Shown here piece after piece: positions 29,713 through 38,500 of a DNA stretch of 64,000 bases. The stretch lies in NCBI GenBank assembly GCA_937921305.1, contig CAKZSU010000002.1, forward strand, positions 1,711 to 65,710, given 5' to 3'. Within the stretch, counting starts at the first letter, position 1. Every line of letters begins with the position of its first letter. This stretch comes from an uncultured Patescibacteria group bacterium (GTDB lineage Bacteria; Patescibacteriota; Microgenomatia; UBA10105; UBA927). The notes under the pieces are model-generated. The model searched no databases. It was not told where the DNA came from and saw only the letters and a list, made by a program, of their open reading frames with translations. The translations under genes were made by a program, and so were the position numbers.

Positions 29713-30006
29713 TTGCTAAACATTCCTCTTGACAACTCCGTAAAAATTCGGTTTCATAATAGTATGAAGAAAAAACCTGTCCTAAAAAAGAAACCGCAAG
29801 CAAAATCATCTTCAACGGTAAAAAAAATTGCGAAAAAATCCGATACAACGAATAAACGAGAAGACATTCATATTATTCTCATTCGAAGCTGGGCATTCCT
29901 CGTGTTGTTTGCCTTCATGCTTGGCATAGGCGTGATCGTAGGAAATTATATTAATGCCCAAATGAACGGCTACCCCACGGTCGCTGGTGCTTCGACTTCC
30001 CGATAA
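29713..30006 (+). CDS. small lysine-rich membrane protein, hypothetical
   Basis: K-rich N-terminus followed by one TM helix. Confidence 0.3.
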   Translation: MLNIPLDNSVKIRFHNSMKKKPVLKKKPQAKSSSTVKKIAKKSDTTNKREDIHIILIRSWAFLVLFAFMLGIGVIVGNYINAQMNGYPTVAGASTSR

Positions 30007-30043
30007 TTTCCCCTCTCAAAACATGCTATAATATCTGCAATAC

Positions 30044-30114
30044 GGGCTCGTAGTATACCGGTAGAACGTCTCCATGGCATGGAGAAGGAAGGGGTTCAAT
30101 TCCCCTCGAGTCCA
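30044..30114 (+). tRNA. tRNA-Ala (anticodon GGC)
   Basis: Hand-folded cloverleaf. Acceptor stem GGGCTCG/CGAGTCC with a G3:U70 pair (alanine identity). Anticodon stem TCTCC/GGAGA with loop ATGGCAT. T-arm AGGGG-TTCAATT-CCCCT. The D-arm is irregular. No encoded CCA. Confidence 0.55.
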
Positions 30115-30244
30115 CCCCTCCTCAATCCTACATTTAGATAGCGCGAAACCCGTCTACAAACTTCATCGCGGAACACACATTGCAAAGATAGTAATCAATT
30201 GTGATGAAGAAGCAATAATCTTATGGTAGAATAATAATTGCTTT

Positions 30245-30317
30245 GGGCCTGTAGCACAGTTGGTAATGCGCCGCATTCGCATTGCGGAGATCAGCGGTTC
30301 GAATCCGCTCAGGTCCA
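30245..30317 (+). tRNA. tRNA-Ala (anticodon CGC)
   Basis: Acceptor stem GGGCCTG/CAGGTCC with G3:U70. Anticodon stem CCGCA/TGCGG with loop TTCGCAT. T-arm AGCGG-TTCGAAT-CCGCT. Confidence 0.75.
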
Positions 30318-30322
30318 CTAAC

Positions 30323-31429
30323 TTACTTTAGGTACGCCCCCGGATTAATCACCGGAGCGCCATTGACTCGGACTTCAAAATGCAAGTGAATCCCCGTTGA
30401 TCTCCCTGTTGACCCCATCTTTCCAATCACTTGCCCCTGAGAAACTTTGTCACCAACTTTCACATACATTTCCGAAAGATGCGCGTAGAGCGTGGACAAC
30501 CCATCGCCATGATCGATAATGATATGCCGCCCATAATCATACCGAAGGGACGCAACATAGACAACCGTTCCATCCCCAGCAGCGACAATCGGCGGAGCAA
30601 CTGGATTCGCTATATCATAAGCCTTGTGGTACCAAATAGGATATTGGGTAATTGTTCCGCTTGTTGGCCAGATGAATCGACCAGACCCGCCAGTAGTTAC
30701 CGGTGCTTGCGGAGACGCGAAACGCGGAGCAGTTTGTTGTGGAGGAGGCGGAGCTTTTGGCATAACGCCATCGGGAACGATCAGGATTTTCCCAACCGTC
30801 AATCCAAAGGTGTCAAGATCGGTAAATTCATTAAAAATCCAGTTCGCGATCTTTTGCGGATCAGTTCGATATCGCTTGGCAATGCTATAAATCGTTTCCC
30901 CTTCTCTTACTTTATGAACAATCCCTGTCACAGGAGGAATTTTCAATGTTTGTCCAATAGAAAGATTTGTCCCGGTCATATTGTTTGCCCATTGAATGGT
31001 CTCGACAGAAATGCCATATTTTTGCGCGATACTTGATAGTGTGTCTCCCTGTTGCACCGTATATTCTTCAATCACATCTCTAGGTTTGTCCGAGCGATCC
31101 GTCCGCACACCATATTCCGAAAAATCAAGCGACGTCGCAACAGCAGAAGGAGGCGTAAAAGAAGCCAAATCAGATTGCGATGTCAACCCGGGATAGGTAT
31201 CTGCCAAAATCGGCGCGGCAAGAATGCCAACGGCAAACAATACAATAACGGAAAAATGCAAAAATGGCTTTTGATACATTCCTCGCCGAGCCATAAGGAT
31301 ATCCACAACCGCGTCTTTCTGCTCTTCAAACCATTTCGAAAATAGTCGAAGCCGACGATCAAAATAATAGATCAACCCTCGTCTCCAAAGAGAGATATCA
31401 TCAAGAAACAAACGAATACGCTTCTTCAT
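30323..31429 (-). CDS. LysM-domain M23 family metallo-endopeptidase
   Basis: Two LysM repeats (QGDTLSSIAQKYGISVETIQWAN; EGETIYSIAKRYRTDPQKIANW). C-terminal M23 motifs HxxxD (HHGDG) and GSTG...HLHFE. Confidence 0.85.
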   Translation of the reverse strand: MKKRIRLFLDDISLWRRGLIYYFDRRLRLFSKWFEEQKDAVVDILMARRGMYQKPFLHFSVIVLFAVGILAAPILADTYPGLTSQSDLASFTPPSAVATSLDFSEYGVRTDRSDKPRDVIEEYTVQQGDTLSSIAQKYGISVETIQWANNMTGTNLSIGQTLKIPPVTGIVHKVREGETIYSIAKRYRTDPQKIANWIFNEFTDLDTFGLTVGKILIVPDGVMPKAPPPPQQTAPRFASPQAPVTTGGSGRFIWPTSGTITQYPIWYHKAYDIANPVAPPIVAAGDGTVVYVASLRYDYGRHIIIDHGDGLSTLYAHLSEMYVKVGDKVSQGQVIGKMGSTGRSTGIHLHFEVRVNGAPVINPGAYLK

Positions 31430-31478
31430 GATCCTTGAAGGGTATCAAAGAAGAGGAGGAAAAGCAAATTTTTTTCGA

Positions 31479-31506
31479 TTGACAAATCATTAAGCATGTG
31501 TATAAT
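31479..31506 (+). promoter_or_regulatory. near-consensus sigma70-type promoter (TTGACA-N16-TATAAT)
   Basis: TTGACA at 31479-84 and TATAAT at 31501-06. An AAGGAGGA RBS lies ~7 nt before the ATG at 31565. Confidence 0.5.
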
Positions 31507-31564
31507 ATTTTCAAATATTCCTTGATGGAATGTTTCATGAAGCGTAAAGAAGAAGGAGGATGCC

Positions 31565-33781
31565 ATGGCAAATCCCAAAGAAGCTCCAAAAAGAAATCCT
31601 ATCACAACAGAAGATCAAAAAATAATCCCGAATAACTGGAAAAATAACTGGAAAAGCCTTGTTGCGTCAGCACTGTTTGCTATATCTTCTGCTGTAGTTC
31701 CTGACAGACAAGCATCCCCTTCTTCTGTTGACGACAGAGCATTAGAAATATTAAACGGACAACGACAACGAAGAATATCGCTTGTTGTGGATCAACGTGG
31801 TGATATATTTTCTCGAATTTCCCTCCCTGAATCTTCACGATCGGAGGAGCAGCAGAGAAACCTTGGAGCATTTGTGGAGCTTCCATCGATAGGAACTTTT
31901 ACAAAAGAAGAACAAAAACGCATACAAGCGCTGGTGTCAAATCGATTTTCTAATGCAACAACCGGAAGATATCTTATTCCTACTGCGGATGAGTCAGAAC
32001 TCTCCTCTCTTCTTTCGGATGAATCACCATTTGCTCAATATATTCATAAGATAATGCAGATAAGAAGATCAATAGAAGGAGAAGTGCAACTACTACTACT
32101 CATCCAGAAAGAAAATAGCCAGAAAGAAAATAGCGTTAAACAAGTAAGTATTATCTTCCAACCGATGGGTTCGCTTTCTCTTGGAGAGAGGATGGTAAAT
32201 CCGGAAAATCCAACATGGATTTTTCCAGGGAAAGATGGTGGATTACGAGTGATTGATGCGGGAAATTTACCTCAAGGAGCATCTCTTGATGCTATTACAG
32301 ACAGGCGTGATCTTCTAACTCTTCAAAGGAGCGCAAGAGCGCAAGGCTATGAAATTGATCTTTCGTCATATAACGGGGGATTTGTTCCTGTAATAAGAGA
32401 TGAGAAAGGACGGGTGATTCGCGTATTCGGCGAGAAAGGACCGGTCACATTTGAGCAACCATATATAAGACATACTGGAGGAGATCCAGTGAATATTCGA
32501 GATAATCCTTCCACATCTGGGAATCGTGTTGGATCATTCACATCAACAGGAGAGCCACTACGCGTGATAACTCCTGAAGAATTTCAAGAATACAGAGAAG
32601 CGATTCCTGATCAGACACGACTTTCGATAGAAAATAATAGAGTAACTTATAATGATGGTCGATATACATGGATTGCTGTATCATACGAAGGAAAAATACG
32701 ATGGGTTGCCCAGTTTCCTCAAATCCAACCATTTTCTCAACTCGAAGGAGTTTCGATAAGACAAGAAGCAATAAAAGAGTCATTCTCAAATAATCCAAAT
32801 ATCCTTGCTCGTCAACTTCGCCTCCCTGAAGGACAGTATAATTTTTATACAAATGAAGATTATGGACCGATAGAAATGTTACGAGATCAAAATGGAAAAA
32901 TTTGGGCAGTAAAAAAAGAAGGACAAGCAAACTGGCAAACAGCCGAAATGGTCGCAAGAGAATTAGGATTAGATACGCATGGAACCATAGAAATACCCGG
33001 ACTAGTAATTCAAAGACGAGAAGAAAAATTATACTATTATTTTTATAGTGATCTCTTGAATCTCTTTCTTAAAGAAGAAAGACCAAGCGGCAATAGACGA
33101 GGCATTGTTGCCATGTTTGACCATGAAACAGGAGATTGGTTAAATTTTCAATATGCTCAATATCGGATGATTGGTGTCCAAAACCTTGGAATCGTTAATA
33201 ATCCCCCATTGGGAATCGGATATAGTCGAGCTGCAGAACGATTTTTCTCTTTATATGGCGTAGGTGGAGGAGTAAGAAAAGTAGATCTTTGGATTTCCCC
33301 AGAATTGCATATTACAAAAATATTGAGGGTATATTGGTTAGAAAATCCCGGTCCAAGAACACCATGGACGCTTGAAAATCTTGCAATGAGAACCACAGTC
33401 ATTGTCCTTGACGGAACATTTAATGGTCAACAAATACAAGTATATGACAGTGAAATTTCTGAGGTTGAAAAATATTTACAAACAGTAGGTGTCCTTATCC
33501 GCAGTAGAATTAATATTGATCCAAGGTCGGAAAAAAATTTTCCAAAAACAACTCTATCCATATGGGATTTCATGGGGAGAGGAGAAAGATTGAATCTCCC
33601 ATGGGAAGAATATCAACGAAGACTAAACGATTTTTATCGTCAACATGGAGTGATGTTTGTCCAACTTGAAAGAATAGATACCAGAGAAAATCCTTATTAT
33701 CCAGGTCATTTTCGATTTCAAGTAGTGCCGTTCCCACCTGCGTTTCCTCCACATCCAATATATCCTGAAGATCCTAAATAA
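31565..33781 (+). CDS. large hypothetical exported protein (738 aa)
   Basis: One N-terminal hydrophobic segment (LVASALFAISSAVVP). No recognisable catalytic motifs. Proline-rich C-terminal tail. Confidence 0.4.
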   Translation: MANPKEAPKRNPITTEDQKIIPNNWKNNWKSLVASALFAISSAVVPDRQASPSSVDDRALEILNGQRQRRISLVVDQRGDIFSRISLPESSRSEEQQRNLGAFVELPSIGTFTKEEQKRIQALVSNRFSNATTGRYLIPTADESELSSLLSDESPFAQYIHKIMQIRRSIEGEVQLLLLIQKENSQKENSVKQVSIIFQPMGSLSLGERMVNPENPTWIFPGKDGGLRVIDAGNLPQGASLDAITDRRDLLTLQRSARAQGYEIDLSSYNGGFVPVIRDEKGRVIRVFGEKGPVTFEQPYIRHTGGDPVNIRDNPSTSGNRVGSFTSTGEPLRVITPEEFQEYREAIPDQTRLSIENNRVTYNDGRYTWIAVSYEGKIRWVAQFPQIQPFSQLEGVSIRQEAIKESFSNNPNILARQLRLPEGQYNFYTNEDYGPIEMLRDQNGKIWAVKKEGQANWQTAEMVARELGLDTHGTIEIPGLVIQRREEKLYYYFYSDLLNLFLKEERPSGNRRGIVAMFDHETGDWLNFQYAQYRMIGVQNLGIVNNPPLGIGYSRAAERFFSLYGVGGGVRKVDLWISPELHITKILRVYWLENPGPRTPWTLENLAMRTTVIVLDGTFNGQQIQVYDSEISEVEKYLQTVGVLIRSRINIDPRSEKNFPKTTLSIWDFMGRGERLNLPWEEYQRRLNDFYRQHGVMFVQLERIDTRENPYYPGHFRFQVVPFPPAFPPHPIYPEDPK

Positions 33782-34186
33782 AAATATACAAATTTTCTTC
33801 TTATTGTCTTTGTAAGATACAAAATATCTCTACTTATAGAGTTCTACCATTTTGCTAAACTTTTTGATCTGATACATAATCATGACATATAATAAAGTTC
33901 TCGAATCGTTTAGCTTTTTCATTTACATAAAAAACAGCGTTTGTATATTACATTTCCTTTATTAAGATTTTATCTTACCGCAAAGATTGCATCATACCGA
34001 TTATTTTTTTATCATATTAGTTGTAAAAAGCAGTAAACAACGATGTTAAAGTAACATGTAATAAATACCATCACTCCATCCTTTTTTTAAATGAATTTAT
34101 TGAGAAGATATATTCTAATAAAAAGATGCAAAAAGAAATATATTGTATTAAAAATAATAATCGTTTCATAAAATAGATAATAACTT

Positions 34187-34960
34187 ATGCATGTAAAAAC
34201 ATTTTTTGATTCCATCTGGAAACATAAAATATCTATTATTCTTTTTGCACTATTTTTTTCTCTGTTTGTTTCTATAGTAATCTACAGCATTAGGGCAAAT
34301 CCTAGTATAAAAAATACTATAAAAAAATATACTACTCCTAAAAAAACATATCGAGAACAAGAATTACTTCAAAAAATGAAAACGTTCGCGTTTCGAAACG
34401 GAGAACCTGCTCTTGCAAGAGGTATTACCGGTGGAGCAAAAGATTACGGTGGCAACACAATAAAAGGCGTACTTGCGGATATTACAACCAATCCAATACC
34501 TATCAAAACAAAAGATGGAAAAGAAATTGCAAAATCAATCATGACGTTTACTATTTTCTATATCAATGATTATAACGAGCTTGAAAAAATATATTTATCT
34601 GCAGCCATTCAATTTCCTGATGGATCATATTATCTGATAAGCGATAATCCAATTCGATTACCAAATGATACCGTAAATGATGAATATTATTACGATAAAA
34701 TTGGCACACCAGTATTCGCGCTCTTTCGAACAAATACAACATTAGGGCTAGAAACACTTAAACAACAAGGAAAATCTAAAGAAGAGCTTGATGCTGCAAA
34801 ACGAATTTTTTCATTTATTCAAACATATGAATCAAGCTGGAAGGAAGAACTAGACACGCTTGTTCTAGGAGGAAGAAAAGGAGCGTTGGAATTTCTCTTT
34901 CCTATCGCCTATAGCGATGATAGCTTTCGTCTTGAATATCAAGTATTTACTATTCCTTGA
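34187..34960 (+). CDS. hypothetical membrane-anchored protein (257 aa)
   Basis: N-terminal TM (ISIILFALFFSLFVSIVIYSI). Remainder hydrophilic. Confidence 0.35.
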   Translation: MHVKTFFDSIWKHKISIILFALFFSLFVSIVIYSIRANPSIKNTIKKYTTPKKTYREQELLQKMKTFAFRNGEPALARGITGGAKDYGGNTIKGVLADITTNPIPIKTKDGKEIAKSIMTFTIFYINDYNELEKIYLSAAIQFPDGSYYLISDNPIRLPNDTVNDEYYYDKIGTPVFALFRTNTTLGLETLKQQGKSKEELDAAKRIFSFIQTYESSWKEELDTLVLGGRKGALEFLFPIAYSDDSFRLEYQVFTIP

Positions 34961-36672
34961 CGAATATGAACTACAATGTTTATTCAAAATACTATCATTT
35001 TTTTATTGTCTGCATTTTTATCATTTTATTCTCTAGCAATGGCAAACATATTGTGATGGCTCAAGGGTATTCTACATCATGGTGTCCAAGTGGATGGTGC
35101 ACTGGGGAAAATAGTGGATTATGTTATAAAATGTGTGGAGTAGTTTTTGGAGTATGTCAGCCGACAGAAGGAGAATGGAGATCCTGGACATGTGGTGGAC
35201 ATCAATGTCTCTCTGGTCCTATTTTAGGATGCGGCAGCAATGTATCGTGCTCTAGTAGTGGAGTTACTATAGATAAGTGCGGTAACTGTCCTGGATCGCA
35301 ATATCGAGAATGCGGAACTTATGGAGCTGGATGTTATAATAATGTTAATCAATATGGATGCGGAACAGGATATAGAGGGGTAGCAAATCTAGGAGCATGT
35401 GGGAAAATTATAGAGGGTAGTTGCGCCGAACTTTCTTATCAGCCTATGGAGTGCTGTAGTCCAAACCCAAATCCAAATCCAAGTCCGAATCCAAGTCCAA
35501 GTCCGAATCCAACTTCTCCACCTCCGCCTGGAACATTTCAAGCAAGAGCGAGAAGAATTCCGTACGCAAGCATTGGAAACTGTAGCAATCCATCGGCAAC
35601 CCCCCTCTCTTCTTCCCTTCGCTTTGCCCCAGGAGTTCCTTCTCAAAACTCCGATGGAACATCCTATGCCTCGTGGTCTGTTACTCCTGGGACCTACACC
35701 ATCCTTCCAACGATTACGGAAGAAAATGGTTCTTCGTATGTATTACAAACCGTTTGTGTGTCGCGAGATGGAGGTTCGTTTTTTCCTTCTACGGTTGCTC
35801 AGACTGTAGGAAGCGGACAGACGATCGTGTTCGATCTTCTCTATACCTATGCAACATCGTGGATGCTGGTCGATGGAGGGGATGTAATTGCCTGTCAAGA
35901 TCTTTCTTCTGTTGTTCCTCCTTCTGCTGTTCCCGCGCCATATTTTATACTTGCGTCTGATGGAGGGTATCCTGGGGTAGCGTTGTATGGGACATGGTAT
36001 AGTTTTGATGAGTCACGATTGTATCGAACAGGGAGAGAATCTATTTCTCAGACCGGATGGATTGCGCAGTCTTCAAATCATCCATTGTGCAATACACAGA
36101 AGGTGAATTTTTACAAGGAGTTTGCGCACGCTGTTGATGTGAAAGCGATGACGCCGAAGAGAAATCTTCTTGGAGAACGAACAAAGGATGATTTTCCCGA
36201 CGCAGCGACCTATGTGATTGGAGATCTCACGCTTGGAGGATCTGACGACACGGCATGGGCGCTGTCTCAGAATGAGAAAAAAACGATTGTTGTGGATGGT
36301 AATGTAACCATTCGACGGAATATTACCTATCCTAACGGCGGGTTCTTTGGACTGATTGTGAATGGTGATATCACCATTAATTCCACTGTAGGATCGAATC
36401 CTTCAACAAGAACGCCAAGTCTTCGCGGATTCTATGCCACGAGTCCACAAGGAAGGTTAAACACGGGGAGAAGCACTATTACTGGAAAAGAGAAACTAGT
36501 CATTCTTGGGACCGTTGCGGTGGGGGGGGTAAATCTTCAGCGGAACTTGGATACGATTGGGATGAATCACACAACACCTGGAGAAGAATTCATCTATGAT
36601 ACTCACCTTATCATGAATCTCCCAGAGGCATTCCTTGAAACCAACATCGTTTGGCAAGAAGTCCCCCCGTGA
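34957..36672 (+). CDS. secreted cysteine-rich protein with PNPS-repeat linker and large C-terminal domain
   Basis: Signal/TM at the N-terminus. About 150 aa with more than 25 Cys. Low-complexity PNPNPNPSPNPSPSPNP linker. A ~380 aa C-terminal domain rich in G/T/S/N. TTG start in the track; the ATG at 34966 is more likely. Confidence 0.4.
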   Translation: MTNMNYNVYSKYYHFFIVCIFIILFSSNGKHIVMAQGYSTSWCPSGWCTGENSGLCYKMCGVVFGVCQPTEGEWRSWTCGGHQCLSGPILGCGSNVSCSSSGVTIDKCGNCPGSQYRECGTYGAGCYNNVNQYGCGTGYRGVANLGACGKIIEGSCAELSYQPMECCSPNPNPNPSPNPSPSPNPTSPPPPGTFQARARRIPYASIGNCSNPSATPLSSSLRFAPGVPSQNSDGTSYASWSVTPGTYTILPTITEENGSSYVLQTVCVSRDGGSFFPSTVAQTVGSGQTIVFDLLYTYATSWMLVDGGDVIACQDLSSVVPPSAVPAPYFILASDGGYPGVALYGTWYSFDESRLYRTGRESISQTGWIAQSSNHPLCNTQKVNFYKEFAHAVDVKAMTPKRNLLGERTKDDFPDAATYVIGDLTLGGSDDTAWALSQNEKKTIVVDGNVTIRRNITYPNGGFFGLIVNGDITINSTVGSNPSTRTPSLRGFYATSPQGRLNTGRSTITGKEKLVILGTVAVGGVNLQRNLDTIGMNHTTPGEEFIYDTHLIMNLPEAFLETNIVWQEVPP

Positions 36673-36736
36673 GGAAATAGGTACGCCTTTTAGTTCCTAA
36701 CTTTCGAAACAAAGAAAAATTCCACAAGCAACAATC

Positions 36737-38299
36737 TCATTCTCCCTTGGACAACGATTCGAGGAAATCGTCATTTTTTTCTGTTTTACTCAAACGGTCA
36801 ATCAACATAACTGTTCGCTCGTCATCGGAAAGCATAGACAGCATATGGCGAAGCGTGGTGACCCGTTTCATTTTTTCTTCTCCGAGCAAAAGCTCGTCGT
36901 GCCGCGTGCCAGACTTAGCGATATCAATCGCCGGGAAAATTCGCCGTTCTTGCAACGAACGAGACAAATGAAGTTCCATGTTTCCCGTCCCCTTAAATTC
37001 TTCATAAATCAAATCATCCATTCTGCTCCCTGTGTCAACAAGCGCCGTGCCGATGACCGTCAACGATCCTCCAGGTTGCGGTTGACCATCAGGGCCAGTG
37101 ATCTCCACGCAACGCGCCGCACCCAAAAACCGTTTCGCTGGATACAACGCAGCAGGGTCAAATCCGCCAGACAATGTTCGCCCTGATGGATTCACGACAA
37201 GATTATACGCTCGCGCAAGGCGCGTGATCGAATCAAGAAGCACCACAACGTGCTTCCCCATCTCTACCAATCGCTTTGCGCGATCCAACGCAATCTCCGC
37301 AATTCGTGTTTGTTCTTGCGGTGATTGATCAAAATTACTTGCTAATACTTCTCCCTTTACACTTCGCGAGATATCAGTTACTTCTTCTGGTCGCTCTCCA
37401 ATAAGTGTTGCCATAAGATGAACATCAGGAAAGTTTTGAGCTATGCCAGCAGCAATTTCTTTCATGATCGTCGTCTTTCCTGCTTTTGGCGGAGAGACGA
37501 TTAACCCTCGCTGTCCAAATCCTATTGGCGCGATTAAATCAATGATGCGCGTGGATAACGGAAGTCGCCCTGTTTCCAACCGCAACAGTCTATTCGGATA
37601 AATCGGCGTGAGATCTTCAAATTTTGGACGATTCGCCAATTCCTCGACAGGAATATCATTCACTTTTTCAACCTTCAAAAGTCCCCAATATCGTTCATTT
37701 TCTTTCGGCCGTCTCGCCTGTCCTTCAACCATATCACCATTTCGAAGGAGGAATCGACGAATTTGCGATTGAGAAATGTAAATATCGCGATCGCTTGGCG
37801 TAAATTTTGGTCGAAGAAATCCATGTCCTTCTGGCATCATATCCAAAATTCCTCGAACAGTTTCTGTTGGCACATTGATATCTTGAATTTGTCCATTTTC
37901 TGTCTGTACGACATCGCGACGCATAAGCGTACGACGAGGTTGATACCGAGGACGATATCCTATCTGCGAAGAAGCAGATCCATGCCCGTTACCATTCCAT
38001 CGTTGATGAGATTGCTGAACCGCTGGAGGTTGCAAAGGGCTTTCAAAAGAAAGATTTGAAGAATCAGCCGATAACGAAGAGCTAGGCAATCCCGAGGCAT
38101 TGGACATTTCAGTAGCATCAGACGGCGTTCCCACAAGATCATCCACAGATGGTTCAGGCGACGAGGAAGAAACAGAAAGTGTTTCATCAATTCTTTGAGA
38201 AGAAACATCGGTTGATTCAGTAGATGATAAAGACGGAACATTCACATCTTCATCAGTGGCTTTCGATTTAGATAGTTTTCTTGAAGCGCGAAATGCCAT
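36737..38299 (-). CDS. rho: transcription termination factor Rho with serine-rich N-terminal insertion
   Basis: Walker A GLIVSPPKAGKTT. The Q-loop/R-loop region and the C-terminal ...FPAIDIAKSGTRHDELLL are near-identical to canonical Rho. The first ~110 aa are a low-complexity S/T/Q/N-rich insertion. Confidence 0.9.
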   Translation of the reverse strand: MAFRASRKLSKSKATDEDVNVPSLSSTESTDVSSQRIDETLSVSSSSPEPSVDDLVGTPSDATEMSNASGLPSSSLSADSSNLSFESPLQPPAVQQSHQRWNGNGHGSASSQIGYRPRYQPRRTLMRRDVVQTENGQIQDINVPTETVRGILDMMPEGHGFLRPKFTPSDRDIYISQSQIRRFLLRNGDMVEGQARRPKENERYWGLLKVEKVNDIPVEELANRPKFEDLTPIYPNRLLRLETGRLPLSTRIIDLIAPIGFGQRGLIVSPPKAGKTTIMKEIAAGIAQNFPDVHLMATLIGERPEEVTDISRSVKGEVLASNFDQSPQEQTRIAEIALDRAKRLVEMGKHVVVLLDSITRLARAYNLVVNPSGRTLSGGFDPAALYPAKRFLGAARCVEITGPDGQPQPGGSLTVIGTALVDTGSRMDDLIYEEFKGTGNMELHLSRSLQERRIFPAIDIAKSGTRHDELLLGEEKMKRVTTLRHMLSMLSDDERTVMLIDRLSKTEKNDDFLESLSKGE

Positions 38300-38500
38300 A
38301 GGAAGGAATACTTGCTGATTTATATCATCTATGAGACATATTTATGAAATACGACAAATACATGTTAGTAAGATGTGTAAGCGATAGATTTCCTTTTGGA
38401 GGATATCATACATATTACATCATAAACCAGTAAAAATGTCAAGGAAGAAACTATTTCGGAAGCGTTAACATTGGTTAAGAAATAGAAAATTATTCGTTAA

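Noticed and set aside
30007-30330. tRNA cluster as a possible integration hotspot for a mobile element
   Set aside because: No integrase, recombinase, direct repeat of a tRNA 3' end or phage-like genes were recognised on either side. The flanks are a small hypothetical gene and an M23 peptidase.
35460-35530. Short tandem repeats (ccaaatcc / agtccgaat) that superficially resemble a repeat array
   Set aside because: They encode a PNPNPSPNPSPSP linker inside a continuous ORF. No spacer-repeat periodicity typical of CRISPR is present.
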